Positions 25,265 to 27,065 of a stretch of 27,065 bases of DNA are shown piece after piece. Below the pieces are notes generated by a model. The model saw only the letters and a program-made list of their open reading frames with translations, was not told the DNA's origin and did not search any database. Source of the DNA: a virus (Duplodnaviria; Caudoviricetes); the IMG/VR virus record IMGVR_UViG_3300024264_000144, positions 1 through 27,065 of that record; one strand, 5' to 3'. Within the stretch, counting starts at the first letter, position 1, and the number at the start of each line of letters is the position of its first letter. The translations under genes were made by a program, and so were the position numbers.

Positions 25265-25586
25265 ATTTAATATTAAAAACTAGTAAAAATCGGTAAAAAA
25301 GCTTGCGCTTCACGAAAAATACCAGAAAAATTGAAATAATACTTGCTTGGCAAAATAATTGAATAATTCTAGTTAAAAATCAACGTCTTTCTCTGGTAGT
25401 ATTAAAATAATAATAACTAGAAAAAAGACAGAGCTTTCCCACCTAATAAGTTATACGGAGAAAAAATGAAAGCTAACCCCCTAACGAAATCTTCGTTTCG
25501 AACAGTCTGCCTTACCCCGCGTAAACGTCGTGCAGTCTCCCCGTATGAGATCGTTGTCTCTAGCCTGAAGCTGCTTAAGTTGCCTA

Positions 25587-25622
25587 AGAATCTTTAGAAT
25601 TACCTTAGAATCTTTAGAATTA
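25587..25622. repeat. Direct repeat AGAATCTTTAGAATTA x2 (period 20)
   Basis: Copies at 25587-25602 and 25607-25622. Confidence 0.85.
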
Positions 25623-25625
25623 GGG

Positions 25626-25688
25626 TTATATACCTAAGATTGTAAGCATTAATAGTAAAACTATATAAATAATCCATTCTGTATTCAT
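25626..25688 (-). CDS. Putative 20-aa hydrophobic peptide
   Basis: MNTEWIIYIVLLLMLTILGI; candidate promoter TTGACT-N16-TAATAT at 25706-25733; weak RBS. Confidence 0.35.
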   Translation of the reverse strand: MNTEWIIYIVLLLMLTILGI

Positions 25689-25862
25689 TATTAACTCATG
25701 TAACTATATTAGCATAATTTGCATTAAAGTCAAGTAGTCATTGAGCGATAAGCTTCATAGTTTTAATTTTCAGCATTGAGAATATGAAAATTAAGCACTT
25801 TGGATTAATTGTATATAGGTAAACGATATACATTTAATCGCTCAATGACAGGCTAGACTTAG

Positions 25863-25982
25863 TTAATCTACATGCTCATATGCTAGCGTTAACCAATGCT
25901 TTGCTACATCTTGAACTAAATAAAGAGCACAGCAACAGGCAATAATAGCTATAGCAGTAGTATAGTTGTTAGGCAGATTCAT
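25863..25982 (-). CDS. Small hydrophobic protein (39 aa)
   Basis: MNLPNNYTTAIAIIACCCALYLVQDVAKHWLTLAYEHVD; AAGGAG RBS; overlaps the upstream stop. Confidence 0.55.
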   Translation of the reverse strand: MNLPNNYTTAIAIIACCCALYLVQDVAKHWLTLAYEHVD

Positions 25983-26202
25983 TAAAAACTCCTTCTAGTG
26001 ATTGACTTAGTAGATAATCAATAGCGTCTAGCCTACCTTGTGCTGCAGCCATTGAATCTAACTGATGTTGAATGCTTTGTGCAATATCTGAATGCTCACC
26101 AATACCAGTACTTGAATTTAAATAGATGTTTACATTAAGAGCTGCAACATCTAGTTCTGATTTGGCATGATTTCTAAGTGTGTTAAGTATTTGTGTGTTC
26201 AA
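25969..26202 (-). CDS. Conserved phage hypothetical protein (GIGEHSDI motif)
   Basis: TTG start with GAGGAG RBS; NVNIYL...GIGEHSDI motif that I recognise from marine phages. Confidence 0.7.
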   Translation of the reverse strand: MNTQILNTLRNHAKSELDVAALNVNIYLNSSTGIGEHSDIAQSIQHQLDSMAAAQGRLDAIDYLLSQSLEGVFNESA

Positions 26203-26533
26203 TGCGTTTCTCCTCTGGTGTAAAAATGTCTACAATGCTACGTCTAATAACTTGATCATTAATGCAATATCCTCGTGTATGCGTTTTAGAAACTGCATCA
26301 TAGTCACAGTCAGGTTTAGGATGTATATTGTGAATTTCATGACGCTGCGGGTCAAACGCTTGTCCACGATCGTCATAACTTGTTAATCCACGGCTTTGCA
26401 GTGCCTGAGCTATAGCCTCTACAGTAGCACGATAAGTTGCATTATCATAATATTCTAACAATGCAATTAATTCATCTAGTGCGGGTAACAGCTCCTGGAT
26501 CAAATCTGCTGTATCTGATGTTAAGTTTTTCAT
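26183..26533 (-). CDS. grpE: GrpE-like nucleotide exchange factor, N-terminally truncated
   Basis: ELLPALD...RGL...GQAFDPQRHE...RGYCINDQVIRRSIVDI follows the GrpE signature (LLPVLD...G.xFDP..HEA...GY.L.DRVLRPA.V). GGAG precedes the ATG at 26533. Confidence 0.75.
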   Translation of the reverse strand: MKNLTSDTADLIQELLPALDELIALLEYYDNATYRATVEAIAQALQSRGLTSYDDRGQAFDPQRHEIHNIHPKPDCDYDAVSKTHTRGYCINDQVIRRSIVDIFTPEEKRIEHTNT

Positions 26534-26987
26534 ATCTATCTTCTCCAAGTTGTGGAAGTTTTGCCAGTTCGGTTTGAGTAACTATTACTGCTCGTCCCTT
26601 ACTTTCCATCCAGTTAGTTAGTGTATCATAATCCATACCATCGAGCAAGTCTGTTTTAACTGTTTTTAGTGGGTGTGGATGTTCTACAGAGAAAAAACGT
26701 TTTGAGTTTGCATGGCGAAGATCACAAGTTTTGCGGTGTGTGCTTTGACGATTAGAGATGTATAGCGCTTGTGCCTCTTCAGTCCAAAGCAAACACCATT
26801 GAATACAACTTCCAGTATTATTATGAACACGAGTAGTTTCTGAACTTAGAATATCGCTCGCTGCACGGAGTGCACGATCTACCATCTGCAATTTATAGCT
26901 ACGTCTAAGAGGTTGTTGAGCGCAGTACCAAGCTATTTGAAGTAGAGTAGTATATTGCGCTCTCCAGCAATCAAGATGTGCGCTCAT
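26472..26987 (-). CDS. Hypothetical protein, possible remote His-Me-finger-like fold
   Basis: 171 aa with pattern VEHPHP...VIVTQTELAKL...RY...I; overlaps the grpE-like gene by 62 nt. Confidence 0.55.
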   Translation of the reverse strand: MSAHLDCWRAQYTTLLQIAWYCAQQPLRRSYKLQMVDRALRAASDILSSETTRVHNNTGSCIQWCLLWTEEAQALYISNRQSTHRKTCDLRHANSKRFFSVEHPHPLKTVKTDLLDGMDYDTLTNWMESKGRAVIVTQTELAKLPQLGEDRYEKLNIRYSRFDPGAVTRTR

Positions 26988-26988
26988 A

Positions 26989-27063
26989 CTAAAACCACTC
27001 TTCTGGATGTGCGCTTATAGCGTGTAAGCGTTGTGCACGTTGTGCAGCGTGTTCAGAAACGAT
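26989..27063 (-). CDS. 3' end of a gene entering from the right
   Basis: Open frame ...IVSEHAAQRAQRLHAISAHPEEWF* ending 1 nt before the next ATG. Confidence 0.35.
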   Translation of the reverse strand: MVSEHAAQRAQRLHAISAHPEEWF

Positions 27064-27065
27064 AG

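Noticed and set aside
25737-25849. tRNA gene
   Set aside because: No TTC T-loop, D-loop or 7-bp acceptor stem geometry, and the sequence is too AT-rich.
20352-26386. Other overlapping ORFs (20352-20582, 21318-21506, 21517-21723, 21604-21789, 22532-22822, 22575-22919, 24935-25162, 26180-26386)
   Set aside because: They are shadows of better-supported genes that have RBSs and recognisable motifs.

Overview
This is a fragment of a large AT-rich, T5-like tailed phage genome, probably marine; an alphaproteobacterial host is only tentatively inferred. Positions 1-18012 are a leftward late operon. It holds five fibre or virion proteins, a p132-like collar protein, a T5-type small terminase, a p142-like tail terminator, several small proteins and a class 3 lipase. 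About 18090-25265 is a compositionally distinct block of small, mostly rightward genes that resembles a T5-like pre-early or terminal-repeat region. It encodes an HNH nuclease, an NDT-like glycosidase, a HAD phosphatase, a DEDDh exonuclease and three A2-like DNA-binding paralogs. The main observation is that this block is divided by seven copies of a 48-bp element: two inverted IHF-consensus-like 13-mers separated by an invariant-length 22-bp GC-rich spacer. Each copy lies just after the previous gene, and six of the seven precede a sigma70-type promoter. A structured non-coding stretch (25265-25860) and leftward genes, including a truncated GrpE, follow. All homology calls come from recalled motifs, not from database searches.
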